64,000 nucleotides of DNA from Macrostomum lignano (GCA_002269645.1 NIVC01001610.1:1-64000), one strand, 5' to 3'. Numbered from the stretch's first letter, positions 1-12,566 are shown. Numbers and translations are program-made. Notes: generated from the letters alone by a model not told the origin.

Positions 1-662
1 TTTGAGAATCTTCCCGATTCCCCATTGAGAATCTTCCCATTCCCCTTTGAGAATCTTCCCGATTCCCCATTTGAGAATCTTCCCGATTCCCCTTTTGAGA
101 ATCTTCCCGATTCCTCTTTTGAGAATTTCCCGATTCCCCTTTGAGAAGCTTCCCAATTCCCCTTTTGAGAATCTTCCCAATTCCCCATTGAGAATCTTCC
201 CCAATTCCCCTTTGAGAATCTTCCCAATTCCCCTTTGAGAATCTTCCCCAATTCCCCATTTAAGAAGCTTCCCAATTCCCCTTTGAGAATCTTCCCAAAT
301 TCCCTTTAAGAATCTTCCCCAATTCCCCTTTTGAGAATCTTCCCCAAATTCCCCTTTTAAGAATCTTCCAATTCCCCTTTTGAATCTTCCCCAATTCCCC
401 ATTTGAGAATCTTCCCAATTCCCCTTTTGAGAATCTTTCCCAAATTCCCCATTTGAGAAGCTTCACCTTTTCCCATTTGAGAATCTTTCCATTCTCATTT
501 GAGAATTTTCCCATTCTCATTTGAGAATCTTTCAATCCCTTTTGAGAATCTTCCCAATTCCATTTGAGAATCTTTCCCAATTCCCTATTTGAGAATGTTT
601 AGCTTTTCCCATTTGAGATTTCCCCTAATTTTCCTTTTGGGAATCTTCCAATTCCCCATTTG
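1..662. repeat. Degenerate ~24-27 bp minisatellite (GAGAATCTTCCCAATTCCCCTTT-like), truncated by the window start
   Basis: Direct tandem repetition of GAGAATCTTCCC...; degenerates toward 660. Confidence 0.9.
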
Positions 663-1334
663 AGAATATTTCGCTGCCGTAGCGAATGGGATTCTCCACT
701 TGATCAGCTTGACTATGAAGTTGACTGACAAAGTACCATATTATATAATAGTCCTAAACACGCAGGCTCAAGAAATAACGAAAATTGTTTGAAAGAAGTC
801 AAAGAAAAGATTGCAAGCAACGTCAAGCGACCCGATCCATCGCGTCTAAACATTATTTTATATATTGCCATGTCAATATGCTATGGAGACAGAGATTATC
901 AGCAACTGTAAGGGAATATTTAACGCACTGGAACACACAAAAAGCAGTGATTAACGAAGAGAAAAATGAATAAATCTGAAATAGATCCACAACATTAAAA
1001 CTAACTAGTGTGAACAAAGTCAAAGCATCTATAAAACATTTTTGATGATTGATTTTCTGAATCATATTCACTATATATTTATTATATTTAGCACAAACAA
1101 AGACTCGAAGACAAGGACAATAACAACAAAGACTTGTTAAAAATAAGATGGACTAAGATTTTATTTAGTATTAGTTCCCCCACACCAAGCACACACTACT
1201 GAAAGCGTCGTGTCGAAAATAAGTAAATAATCATTATAATTAAATACAATTGAATTCATAACAGTAGAGGACACAAGTCAACACACAGCAATCCAATCCA
1301 TCAGAACTGCACGCACACTCCCAATACACAAATC

Positions 1335-2759
1335 TCAAAGTCCAACTTGGCCAACACGATCGCGCGGAATCAGGCGCAGCTCGGAGCCGTACTTGAGAAA
1401 CACTTCGCCAGCGGTTTGCTGAGGATTAATTCCCACGCCGTCATTAGTGATGATAGCGCTGGTGGCCGGCGGCACTTTGAACTCTTCGGCTGAGAATTTT
1501 AGCACGGCGGTGAATGGAGTGGCCTCCGGCACGCTAAGCCTGGTTTGAATGGCACAGATGGCAGTGTCAATCCAGTACTGCTATGTATAATGCTGACCCC
1601 TATGTTAAAAATCCATATCAGTAACTGATTAATTTTCCACAACTTCCTATAATTCACTTCCAGTAAGTCATCAACTTCACAGGCTCTTTTAACTGCCTGG
1701 GACTACATTTATGTTAACTTTAGACTCCATATCTCAACTACAACATGCAAATGTTGCTTGAGTAGCCAACCCTACTCAAGCCAACCCTACCCTAGGTGCT
1801 GAGAACTGAAGTAAAAGCTTTGAAACTGGCAGCATGCATTCATTTCTACTAAGTCATTAAATTCTTAGCTATTGAGTTACTAATATTAATAGATACAAAA
1901 AATAGATCATGTACAACCTCTAGCCTAGTGGTTAGTTTTAGACTCACTCACGACTGAAAAGTCGGGGGTTCGATTCTTGACCTACTTGGAACAATTTGTG
2001 TCTTTGAGCAAGACACTTCACTCTGCATTGCTTCAGTTCGCCAGCTGTAAATGGGTGCCAGCATTAGCTGGGGTAATTGAGGATGTGTTGGCGACCCCCC
2101 CCCCACCCCCAGTCCTTGGACTGAACAGCCATACACAGCCTTCAGATGCACTGCACAAAGGCATTAAAACTTTTAAAATGTGCATTCAATGTTTATGAGT
2201 TTTGAAAGATTTATCATTGAAAGCCATATTGAAATATTCTTCTCTTCTCAAGGGGCTGTAGCCTAGCAGTCTAATGCAGCATTCTGATATGCCAGTAGCC
2301 CAGGTCAATTAAAAGTGCAGTCACATTAATTTGTGGCTAAAATTGAAATCACAGCTTGGGTCTGTAACCTGAGTTTTTTGTCCATAACTTGGGTGCGATT
2401 TCGCACCCTGTGCTATATTTCAGGGTGCGATTTTCAAGACCAGGATGCGCTGCATTGCTGCAGACAAAAACTGGTGTATTCTAAGAACAAAGTTACAGAC
2501 TTAAGACGTCCATAACACTAAATTGTGAAATCCACATCACATCCTTGCAAAAAATTCTGGTGCACTTTTTGCACGCTGAGTCAAATTTCAGGGTGCGATT
2601 TTCAAGACCAGGATGCTATTCGCACCCATTTGCACAAAAAACCCAGTCTGTAACCCTTATTCCATCTCCAATTTCAATATTAAAAACTTGAAAAACTTAC
2701 ACTTTGTATGGCAGCTTTGGGTCTGAAGTCAGTGTGATCTTAAATGTCACCTTTGACAT
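1335..2759 (-). CDS. UFM1: Ubiquitin-fold modifier 1 precursor, 87 aa; exons complement(2701..2759, 1335..1539)
   Basis: Exon 1 is [19 protein letters not shown]+GT followed by a gtaagt donor; exon 2 follows a ccag acceptor and reads (V)[67 protein letters not shown]. Phases are compatible and the mature C-terminal Gly falls at position 83 as in known UFM1. Confidence 0.97.
1915..2170 (+). mobile_element. tRNA-derived SINE with CORE-like central domain, in the UFM1 intron
   Basis: A-box TAGCCTAGTGG (1921-1931), B-box GGTTCGATTCT (1967-1977), then TTGAGCAAGACACTT..CTCTGCATTGCTTCAGTT..CAGCTGTAAATGGG, which resembles the CORE domain. Homologous copies at ~7715-7912 (-) and 12449-15790 (split). 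Confidence 0.8.
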
Positions 2760-3419
2760 TGTTCAGCATGCAAAATGTTTAAAACAGTTAAAATGGGCTA
2801 AAATGCTTCTAAATTCATCTAAAATTCTAGGCAATACTTTGACATTGTAAATCAGTGATTTTTCTTGGCTTATTATATTATACCAATCCTAGCATATATA
2901 TTAGCATATATTCTCAATACTATAATATCAAGATTTCTTCTATTAAAGATATCATAGTAAGCCTATTAGACCCATGCTAGTCTTATTAGCATTTTGAAAA
3001 AGCTTAAACTATTGCAGTTAATCCGTACTCTCAATCATGTTGAATGCATGCTGGAATGCACAATAGGAAATTTTTTGTTTGTATGCCAACTGCAAACTAT
3101 GTTTACTAACTGCACACCATGCTTACCAACTACATGCCAAATAAATAACCTTGATTTTCCATGAAAAATGACAAAAATATCACAAAAAGATATTCAATTT
3201 TACACAAAAAATTTAGAACTGCAAAAAAGCTTTTTTTAATTTAGACTGTTAGTAATAATCTAAACTCAGGAAGGTATACACAATAACAGACAATTCTGGT
3301 ATATTCTGGTATAAACAAAAATGTGCACAAATTAATGCACACAATGCATAGCAAAAGCCTAGCAGAAATTTTAGTGCATAGGGGCATAAAGCAAAAGAGG
3401 ATCAGAAAATTTTGCTCAT

Positions 3420-3545
3420 AACTGGTCACCATACATTTGCAACCTCCCTGATTTACACTGGCCATGCGACTTACTTTTTGACTAAAATACGACTTACCTA
3501 GGAAAGAAACCCTAAAGCAAAATTAATGCAATTTTGGGTAAACAA
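3420..3545 (-). repeat. Short dispersed repeat, homologous to 35340-35460 (+)
   Basis: Both copies share GTTTACCCAA..ATT.CATTAATT...TAGGTAAGTCG.ATTTT.GTCAAAAAGTA.GTC.CA.GGCCAGTGTAAATCAG. Confidence 0.7.
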
Positions 3546-6500
3546 CATGAGTAACTATGACTGTCTTATAAGGGCTAAATGCCTCGTCATCTAATTAGTA
3601 CTACATCTGTATTATTTGGGATGGGCATTTTGCTACTTACCCCTGGTCCACCACAATTTATGGTGGCCAGATCGGCCAGCAGTTGTGCATGTATGATTGG
3701 TCACCATAAATGTATCATTTATGTATGCAGGACATGAAATATACATTTTGATATACATTTTTCCAAGATATAATTTGTATGTCAATTACGTAATTGTTTT
3801 AGTAAATTAAACAAAAATTTTAAATTTAAAATGGTACTTTATTATAAAGTTTTAGCTGATTTTATTTAGACGATTTTCAACATAAGCTAAATAAACAATA
3901 GAATTTTAAATAAAAATGCTTTTGATTAAATTTGCATTTTACTAGATTTTTTGGGCTATTATACATTACATTAGTATTGTCGAGAAAATAATAAGAGTAA
4001 ACAACACACTACGTTTAAATTAGATGTTAAATTGAATAAGGAGCTAGTAAGTGGGTGCAGGGCCCAAACAAGTATATTTATTTACGTGGTTGAGAGAGGG
4101 GGGAGAGAAAAGATAAGAAGAAATGGGTAAGAAGGGCGAGGGCTAAAAATGCTCTAACGAGACAGAGAGGGGGGGCTGACTGAAAAACTCACCGATCGAT
4201 AATTGGAAAACAAGATAAGAATGTACAGTACGTAGAGCGCGGCAGATAGAAGATGGACTAGGCACACAGGGAATGGAAGAAAATGAAAAGGGAGAAAGTG
4301 AATTCTATTAAAGCAAGCTGCAATTTTGCGACAAGTATATAGTACTCTAGCTATGCATTTGTTAGTAATGAATATTTTATAGGCCTTAGTGTATAAATTT
4401 GTACTTCCCCTTGGTGCATAGTACATACTCTGAAAATATGCTAAAAATTATTCTTATACACATATGATACCTTCCTGAGTATGGGTTGTAATCAATTTTT
4501 GTTACTTTTTTATTTTTGTTAAACCCATAATCTTAGGATTATAGAACAACTATGCTAAAGCAAATCATAAAAAAAAGTTTGCTTGCATTGTACATTGGAA
4601 CAAATCCTATCAAAAAAGTTTGTTTGCACTATGCACCAGAACTATTCCTATTAAAAATTAAATACAGTTGCTTCTGCTATGTGCTAAATATTTTTTGTCA
4701 AAAAAACATAACATCTTAGTTTTTATAACCATTTTGTTTTCTTAACTTTTAGTCTTTGAGTAAAGTCTTCCAAGTGCTGCTACCTACTGCCTACTTATTA
4801 GTATTTTCATTTAGAAAAATACAAATAAAATTTGTATTTAAATCTGTTTTATAGAAACTATAATTTTGACATATTTTAACTGAAAAAGCCACCAATATAA
4901 CACTATATTAGCACTAATTTTCTGTCAACAAAATATTATTAATTATTATCATGCAAAAACTTTTTGTCTTGTATTATTTTGCACTATATTTTTTCTCTTG
5001 TTTGCTGTTATGCTAGAATACATTAGGATAGTGCATGTTCAACCTTTTTAGTACTAGAATTTTCTATGAAAAGGCTAGGCCTATCTAGGCCTTTATCTAA
5101 CTATGGCTTTAAACTTGGTTCTTAATAATTTATTATTAGGCCTATTTAGCAAATTAAAATTTTTATAATTTAAAAATTTAATTTTACTTTTTTTTAACAT
5201 TGACATTAAAAGTAAATCAAAAAGTTTTGCAAAATACAAAGTTTATATATTGATAAATTACAATAGGCCTAGAATAATAGACCTTATTCTACTAGCATTC
5301 TTATATATTATAATTCTTTTAGAATTATGTTATATATATAGGTATTGTTATATGATAAATGATAAAGAGAAAAAAATTCAAAAAGTATTTTTTAAATTTA
5401 AATCTTCCAAAATATAATTCATAAAGTTTTCTAATTCTAAAGCATATTTTACTAGGCCTATTGCAACCAGAATGGCTGTTGAACATGACAATATCTATGT
5501 CTACCAAGGTTAACTCTATTTGGATAGTGCCAATGTGTTACCAAATGAAGTAGGCTAGCTGGCTAGGCCTACTATAATGATCTATACAATTAAATGGTAG
5601 GAATATTGCACTAGTAAGCCTAGGCAATTACTAGGCTATTCTAGTACCAAACAAGCAAAATAGCCTACTATAAACTAGGGCCTATTACATAAGCATTCCA
5701 AAAGAACATTTGTTTGGCAATGGCTAGGCCTAAAGTTCTGGCACCAGAACTTATCTCTTATTATCTAATGGCTATGGATCCAGCAGTGCCTCCTGCAGCT
5801 GCAGGCAGTTATCTACTAATTTAGTGTTTGAATATTAGATGTATCTCGTTTCGAAAGTCATCATTTGGTCCTGACTCCTGATCTCATCTTAATTCAGGAA
5901 CAAAATCTCAAAAGGCCCCTATCCACCACCCGATAAAAAGTATAATGTTTATACTATATTAGGCCTATCCATAAATTGCACTGCCAGAATACCACTACCG
6001 GATCCATACTCATTAGGCCCTACGCACTAGTAGGTATGATGTAGACAGACACAGACTAGCTTAATTTACGAATTCTTAAAGTGCGGTTCAAATTGCTCAA
6101 CATAAAAACAACTTCTCAGGGCTCCGCGCGCGAGCCATGCATTTATGCGATGATCACATTTAAAAAAACAGAAAAATCTCAAAGGATCCTAACAAAGTAA
6201 CAAAGTAACAAAGGAAATTTTCTAGGGTAATCACACAAAAAATAATGCAGTATAAATGCACCACACCAATTCAGGTATGAACATATAGGAGAGCTAAAAC
6301 TCTCGAACTGGTCAATGACTTTTTAATTAAATGGTAAATCCGTTTCTGCGAAAATCTTAAAGGCCCGGTCCAGCCTAGCTGCCTCATCATTGTGCCCAAG
6401 GCAGTTTATTGTTAAGTTGACCATACAAATAGTTATAGCTGTTTTTTAATAGTTATTAATAGTTATTTTGCTATTCTTACAATACAGCATAAAATGTAAG

Positions 6501-7714
6501 ATAGGCCTAACCATTTTTTGTTTTCCATAAAAAATATTTCCTGAATTGCATATTACATTTTTAAGTAACAATATGATTTTGATTTAGTTTCAGATGCTTT
6601 GCTGGGACTTTATAGGGGTAAATTGTGGGGGCACTAGTGCCAGATAAGGGGACATCATAGCACTCAGTAGCCATCCTCTAGTTTTGGTTATATCATTGCA
6701 GAAGTCATGTCAAAAAAGAATTTATATTATATACATATTTTGGTGATCCTTCTGTACCCCGTTAAATTCCAAAAATGATTTTTTCACCTAAAAATGATAT
6801 TTCAAGTAAGTTTAAGGAATTATCTTTCACCATAAGCTAAAGAAAAATTAGCTTTTTTAAAAGTAAATTTGTTTAAATATAATTATAATGCTATTTCATT
6901 TTGATTTTTGTATAGTAATCACTGATACTTTTGCTATACTTTTAATTTAGGATAAGCCAATCAATAATCATGTCTGATTGACCAGGCTTAATGACTTGAA
7001 TATACTTTATATATTAATTATTCAAACAAATTTTCTTTAAAATCAGCCTCACTTTAGCCTGAAAGATTGTGAGTCACATTTACTTGAAAAATCATTTTTA
7101 GTTTAAGAAATGTTTGGAATTTATAGGGGTAGGCCCTACTGAAAGATTGCCAATATCTTTAGTTGTATATAATTATTGTTAAATATAATTGTTGTTGTTG
7201 AAAAATTCTTGTATATTAAAAAAATACCTTAAACTTGAATAATATGCTAAAGTGGTTTTCTAAAATGGCTAAATTGAATAGGCCTAGTATGCTAGAAATA
7301 TCTGGCATAGGCCTTATCAGTAACTAACCTTCTTAAGTATAGGCCTAAGCTAAAAATATTGAAACTTTTATAACAAATTAAGTTTATATAATTATAGTAT
7401 CCAGTTAGCCTATTTTTAGTATGTGCAAAAATGATAAAAATGTAAAAAAAGTGGTCTTCTTTAGATGGCTAATATTTTTGAATATTTCAGATAGGCCTAT
7501 GGCAATGTGCTTATATTCATTGAAAAATAGATAAATAGAAGATCTTTCAAACATATAGTTTATATGTTTAGTACATACAATTACAAAGATACAGATTGTC
7601 AGACATTATATACATTTTTTACATTTTCAAAACTGCCAAATTTGCTTGAAAATATAGGGTTGGGAGGATTCATTTTTTAGTAAATGAATGCATCTCAAAA
7701 ATGAGCTCAGGAGG

Positions 7715-7912
7715 CTCAGAAGGACTAGGGGGTCGCCACACACTCCTTCAATTACCCTAGCTAATGCTGGCAACCATTTTACAGCTATGTGAACTGAAGC
7801 AATGCAGAGTTAAGTGTCTTGCTCAAGGACACAGCATTGTTCAGAGTGGGTCAAGAATTTAATCAACCTTTCAATTGAGAGTCCAATGCTCTAACCACTA
7901 GGCTACAACCCT
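7715..7912 (-). mobile_element. SINE copy of the same CORE-like family
   Basis: Reverse complement reads GTAGCCTAGTGGTTAG...CCTTGAGCAAGACACTTAACTCTGCATTGCTTCAGTTCACATAGCTGTAAAATGG...GGGTAATTGAAGG. Confidence 0.8.
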
Positions 7913-8346
7913 ACTTTTATTGTTTTTAGTGATCCTTTTTAACTAAGTTTGACTGTAGCTAGCTTCGAATTGGTAATGTATGTCAAATGGTATTAAATTC
8001 TCAAGTATTTAAAAACAAACAATAAGCTGATGGGCCTTTGGGTTTAGCCTATATGTATATTCCTAGAACCTTTAAAGTTGTTTAGGCTATCCTGTATTTA
8101 ATCTTTATAGTTTTGCAAATTTGACAATAACTCAAAGATGAACTTTTTGGACAAAATGTTTCCTAGGGATGAAGTGACCTGGACAGAGAAAGTTTTTTAC
8201 TTTTTTATCCCAGCTAGGCTAGTTGCAGTTTGCAACTACATTTCAACAGAAAACGTGTTATTTTAGTTGAAAACAAACTGCTATTATTTTTTTCTTTATC
8301 TTTAATTGCTTCAGCGCGTTGGCCCGGCCTGTCAGTGTCACTCCAA

Positions 8347-8730
8347 ATGACGTCAACGTTGACTGTCCGCTTGATTCGATCCTTTGAGTTCAAGAATGTG
8401 CGCAACTTGGTGCTGCACTCGCTTGACCTAGATAAGCTGACTGTAGCCGAACTGAAAGTCGCTATTCGCAACGCCATAGCAACAAGCAGGTCGCTGCCGC
8501 CAACTTTTAAATCGTTCAACTTTGACACTTTGAAAATTCATTGCCTACCCCAGGCTGCCAAGCCTAACGATCTAGTTGTCAATGTTGACAATGATGAGGC
8601 GCTGACTCTGAGCGACGATTCGGCCATCTTGTCCAGCTGCGGCTTAGTTCACGAGGCGGAGCTGTCCTACTTTAATCAGAGCGAATATTGCGCGTACAAA
8701 GCCAACCCAGTCACGGATTTCAAGTGGTAG
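8347..8730 (+). CDS. C2orf76: UPF0538 / DUF2340 protein (C2orf76 homolog), 127 aa, single coding exon
   Basis: MTSTLTVRLIRSFEFKNVRNLVLH...FDTLKIH...KPNDLVVN...HEAELSYFNQSEYCAYKANP...W* matches the family pattern (T.RLIRSF..RN; DTLKI; ETEI..F...Y..YK.NP..W). A strong polypyrimidine/AG acceptor at 8281-8314 precedes the ATG, so the longer start at 8230 is not used. Confidence 0.9.
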   Translation: MTSTLTVRLIRSFEFKNVRNLVLHSLDLDKLTVAELKVAIRNAIATSRSLPPTFKSFNFDTLKIHCLPQAAKPNDLVVNVDNDEALTLSDDSAILSSCGLVHEAELSYFNQSEYCAYKANPVTDFKW

Positions 8731-8863
8731 CTTTGGGGATGGCGATCTCAACTACTGACGGCTGCGTTATCAAATGCGTCTATTGTTTTCTTTCAACAAT
8801 TTCATCTTTCAGTTAATTAGACTTGCGTTTCCTTTTAATCCTCAATCTTTTCTTGACCCTTTT

Positions 8864-9145
8864 TGGAGTGTGCTATCCTTCCCTATCCTTTCTGGAGCGA
8901 CCGTGCTACCCTTCCCTATCCTTTCTGGAGCGAGTGTGCTACCCTTCCTGATCTTTCTGGAGCGACTGTGCTACCCTTCCTGATCCTTTCTTGAGCGAGT
9001 GTGCTACCCTTCCAGATCCTTTCTGGAGCGACTGTGCTACCCTTCCTGATCCTTTCTGGTGCATGTGTGCTACCTATCCTGATCCTTTCTGGAGCGAGTG
9101 TGCTACCCTTCCTGATCCTTTCTGGTGCATGTGTGCTACCCTTCC
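8864..9145. repeat. 33-bp minisatellite (GTGCTACCCTTCCTGATCCTTTCTGGAGCGACT), ~8.5 copies
   Basis: Direct tandem repetition just 3' of the C2orf76 stop. Confidence 0.9.
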
Positions 9146-9181
9146 GTGATCCAAAGCGCTCTATGAACTACGATTATATGA

Positions 9182-9742
9182 TTGTTGTTAAACGGGGGTG
9201 GGAAGCTGGGGGCTACCCGCGGATCAGCCCTGAGAGGGGCTCTGCCGCTGAGGGGCACTACCAGGGGCATAAAGCCCGAGATACCCGCCTGATTGGACCC
9301 CGAAGTCTAGGCCAGGGGGCATATTGGAGCTACTAACCTAAGCCTTATGGACTAAGACACCGCCAACCCAATATTAGTGGAATCAGGGACGGTGCAAGGA
9401 CCGAGTCCACTCAGGCCACCACCCAGCAGACAAATCCCGGGAGTGCGCGAAAAAAGAATTGGAATGAAATATGTTAGAGAGCGGTCCGAGAGCAGGGAAT
9501 ATCCTAAAGTCTACGGAAATGGCTTGATAATTGGAGTGAGTCTGGAAGGCTTGTATCCGAGGGCGAGTCTCCTATCAGGTAGGCAACCGCACAAATCCTC
9601 CTATAGGGCTGCAAGCCACAAGGGCATCGCCTATCCAGCTCTATTTTGGAGGCCAGGCCAAGGGGGCGGAGAGGGGCACAAGGGGCAAGAGGAAACCGGA
9701 CTCAGCCGGTTTTCCCCGATTCGGGACGAACATCCAGCCCAG
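9182..9742 (-). mobile_element. 561-bp GC-rich insertion, probable non-autonomous or 5'-truncated non-LTR retroelement
   Basis: Flanked by the 10-bp direct repeat GATTATATGA (9172-9181, 9743-9752); the minus strand ends ...CGTTTAACAACAA (CAA-type tail); no recognisable ORF. Confidence 0.45.
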
Positions 9743-10298
9743 GATTATATGAATTAGTATTTTGTATTTATGATAGTTAGTAAACAGTAACGTTACAGTT
9801 GGTATAGCTGGTATAGTTGGTATAGTGTGATTGTATTGAAAAATAAGTACTAAACTGGATGACACATTTTAACGTGCCGTATCGCTGCAAGTTAAAATCA
9901 GGTTCCTAATGCTCTCTTAATTTTCACAGTTCTCAACTCAGCAACTTTTATTATAGTTAAATTTAAACACTTGTTTCTTCGTACGGTATTTGTTTTCATT
10001 GTTGATTATAGGTTAGTAGTATGTCATTGTCTGATTATTATAATGGCATTTTTTATATTTAAACGCACTTCTAGACTCGTGCATTGTACGTTTATTACAT
10101 TTGTGCGTACGAGTAAAGTAGTATGTTTCAGCTTTTAAGCATAATTTTGAGCAAATATACTTGCGGAGTATTGTGTAGAAATTCCATTTTATTTCTCGTT
10201 ACACAGATATATTATGTATATGCATAGTAATAGCAATTAATTGTACTTTGATCGTTTAACCTTTCAAGATTGATTTAAACCAGGACTTTGGGGGGTTT

Positions 10299-11257
10299 TG
10301 TTGTAACGGAGGCGTTTCAATAAAGTCGAAATCTCACATTGTCAAAGAGAATCTATTTACTGAATACTTTGGCAAAGGAAAATAACAAATAGCTCAAGTG
10401 CGCCTTGGTTACTAAAAAGTGCCTCAACTAAACAATCTCTGGAATTTTCTGGAACGGAAGCTACTAACAGTAGCTTAAAAGCGAATTTCCTTTACCCCTT
10501 AGAAAATATTCCAATCTGTTTACTTTCCCAGCAATGCGGACATGCACAGGGCTGCAATTCTTTCTGTCTGCTTATGGAATTTTTTAATCATTCCAGCCTT
10601 AGCCTTAGCTAAAGTTTTTGCCCAACAAATTGGCCAGAAGCCAGACGGGCTGAACTTTTGGACGCCGCGCTGCCAGTTAAATGAGGAATTTTTATTGTCA
10701 TTGTGTTCAACAGACGCGGTTGTGTATAGCTGAAGAAGCCACTTTTGACCTCCCTTATGAGGCCGCGCAGGCTGCTGCGGTCTGACTGGTGATGGATCGG
10801 ATTGAACTGGCGGTTACAGAGTTCAGTAAAATTCAGAGACAGTATAGGTCGCGCTGGCTGTATCATAGACGTAACATGCACAGTCGCTATAGCTTAAATG
10901 CACGATGGGGAATAATGGATCGCTTCTACAGCTGCTGCTCTCGCTGCAATTCTATTTCTGCTTTTTGTCTGGCTTCTGCGCGCCACTTACAGTATAGCTG
11001 GCTGGTAGTTTTAGAGGATGCTGTCAGATGACCGATTCCTAAGTGGGCGCTTTTGATTTTACGCGTGGAAATAGAATACCATAGGCAGCTGAGGTAAAAG
11101 GGCGTTACACTTGATTTTCTTAGAAACTAGATGGAGGCCGGTAAGAACTAAGGGTTCTGTCTCATATATTGCATATTTGTTTTAAGTAGCTAGGTTAACA
11201 AACGGTCAGATCTTACCCAGTGTTCCCGCATCCGTTGGATCAACATTGGTGACGTCG
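10299..11257 (+). mobile_element. Candidate LTR (~947 bp) with primer-binding-site-like motif
   Basis: Begins TGTTGTAACGGA (10299) and ends TCCGTTGGATCAACA (11245), imperfect inverted termini with TG...CA; immediately followed by TTGGTGACGTCG. No second LTR found. Confidence 0.35.
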
Positions 11258-12566
11258 TTCGTCAATAATGATGAGTCATTTTATCCGAAAAAATCTGCAA
11301 TTAGCTACCAAATTCTCCCATTAAGCTAAGGCGGGGATCTACCAATTTGGGATGACCCTCCCCAGCAGGGCGCACTGCCCGAATTCTCAATCCCCATGCA
11401 AGCAAGCGGCTTCGCAATCGGGAACAGCAGCAGCTGCTACAGCCGACGTAGTTGAAATATACCTGCGCCATTATCTACTTGCGTGTATCTGCAGTATATG
11501 CGATGGGCGCTCCCCTCTGCAATGCTGACTGTGCAGTGACGCATCGGTATTCGGACTGCCCAAACCCCATAGTCTGCAGGAAAATTCCTTCCAGTAACAG
11601 TGCAGACCTCAGCTGCTGCCGCCTCCTCTCTACGACCTGTACCAACATTCGCAGCTTCAGCATCCTGCAGCGTCCTTGACTTTCCGTCTCCACCTACAGC
11701 CAACTGGTTAAGGGCTGGGGCTGGAGGGGGGGGGTCAGCAAACGATCGAGCATTCCTTGATCCCGGTGCTGGCACTGCGCAATCCCCTGTCCGAACTGTG
11801 ACCTTCCCCTGGTCCATTGCGCACTGCAGCGTGCAGTCTAGCCTGTTCCCTTCTCCTGCGTAGCTTCCCCTCCGCGGCGCCGCAAGGACGAGAGAAAAGC
11901 TGCATTGCAGCAACAGGCCGGGGCCAGACTTTTTGTTGTCATTTCTTTCTCTTTTTGCAATATCGATGCCAGGGCACTGCTAGAAAAGTCGCTCAGGACC
12001 GCGGGCGCGTCAGAAGTTTGGCGACTGCTTACTCATGGATCACCAGCAGCCAACCGTCAGGAAGATACTGACGGTCAAGTTGGACAAGGATGGCGCTCTT
12101 GGAAGGTGAGTTAAGCCTGTTGGGAGGGATATTCCTGGTCATTCGCAATTAAAAGTGCTAGCAGACAACCCGGATGCGACCCGTTACTGCTTTGGAGCCC
12201 TTAAAGCTGGTGTTCGCTAAAAGATTCCCACAGGTAAATATAGGTGCAAATAGTGCTTCAAGGGCCTTCTCAAATAATGGCGTCACGAAAACACGTAACC
12301 CCCCGTAAAAATCTGTTTTGCTTAAGCGTATAAAAAGAATGCATTGTTTCACGATGGTTGTCGTTATTTTTAAATAAACCAAGATCAAAGCGTAAAATAT
12401 GGGACTATATTGGATAACAACATTTTCAATGCAGTCCAATATTGGATAGGGGTTGCAGCCTAGTGGTTAGACTTAGCGTCGGACTCACGACTTAAATGTC
12501 GGGGATTCGTTCTCGACCCATTCGGAACGAGAACTTGTCCGGAACGTGTCCTTGAGCAAGACACTT

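Noticed and set aside
1915-1990. tRNA gene (A and B boxes present)
   Set aside because: No cloverleaf can be formed, and the sequence continues into a CORE-like body shared with other copies; it is a SINE head.
8230-8346. N-terminal extension of the C2orf76 ORF given in the ORF track
   Set aside because: Non-ATG start, and it runs through a polypyrimidine tract and AG acceptor (8281-8314); family similarity begins at ATG 8347.
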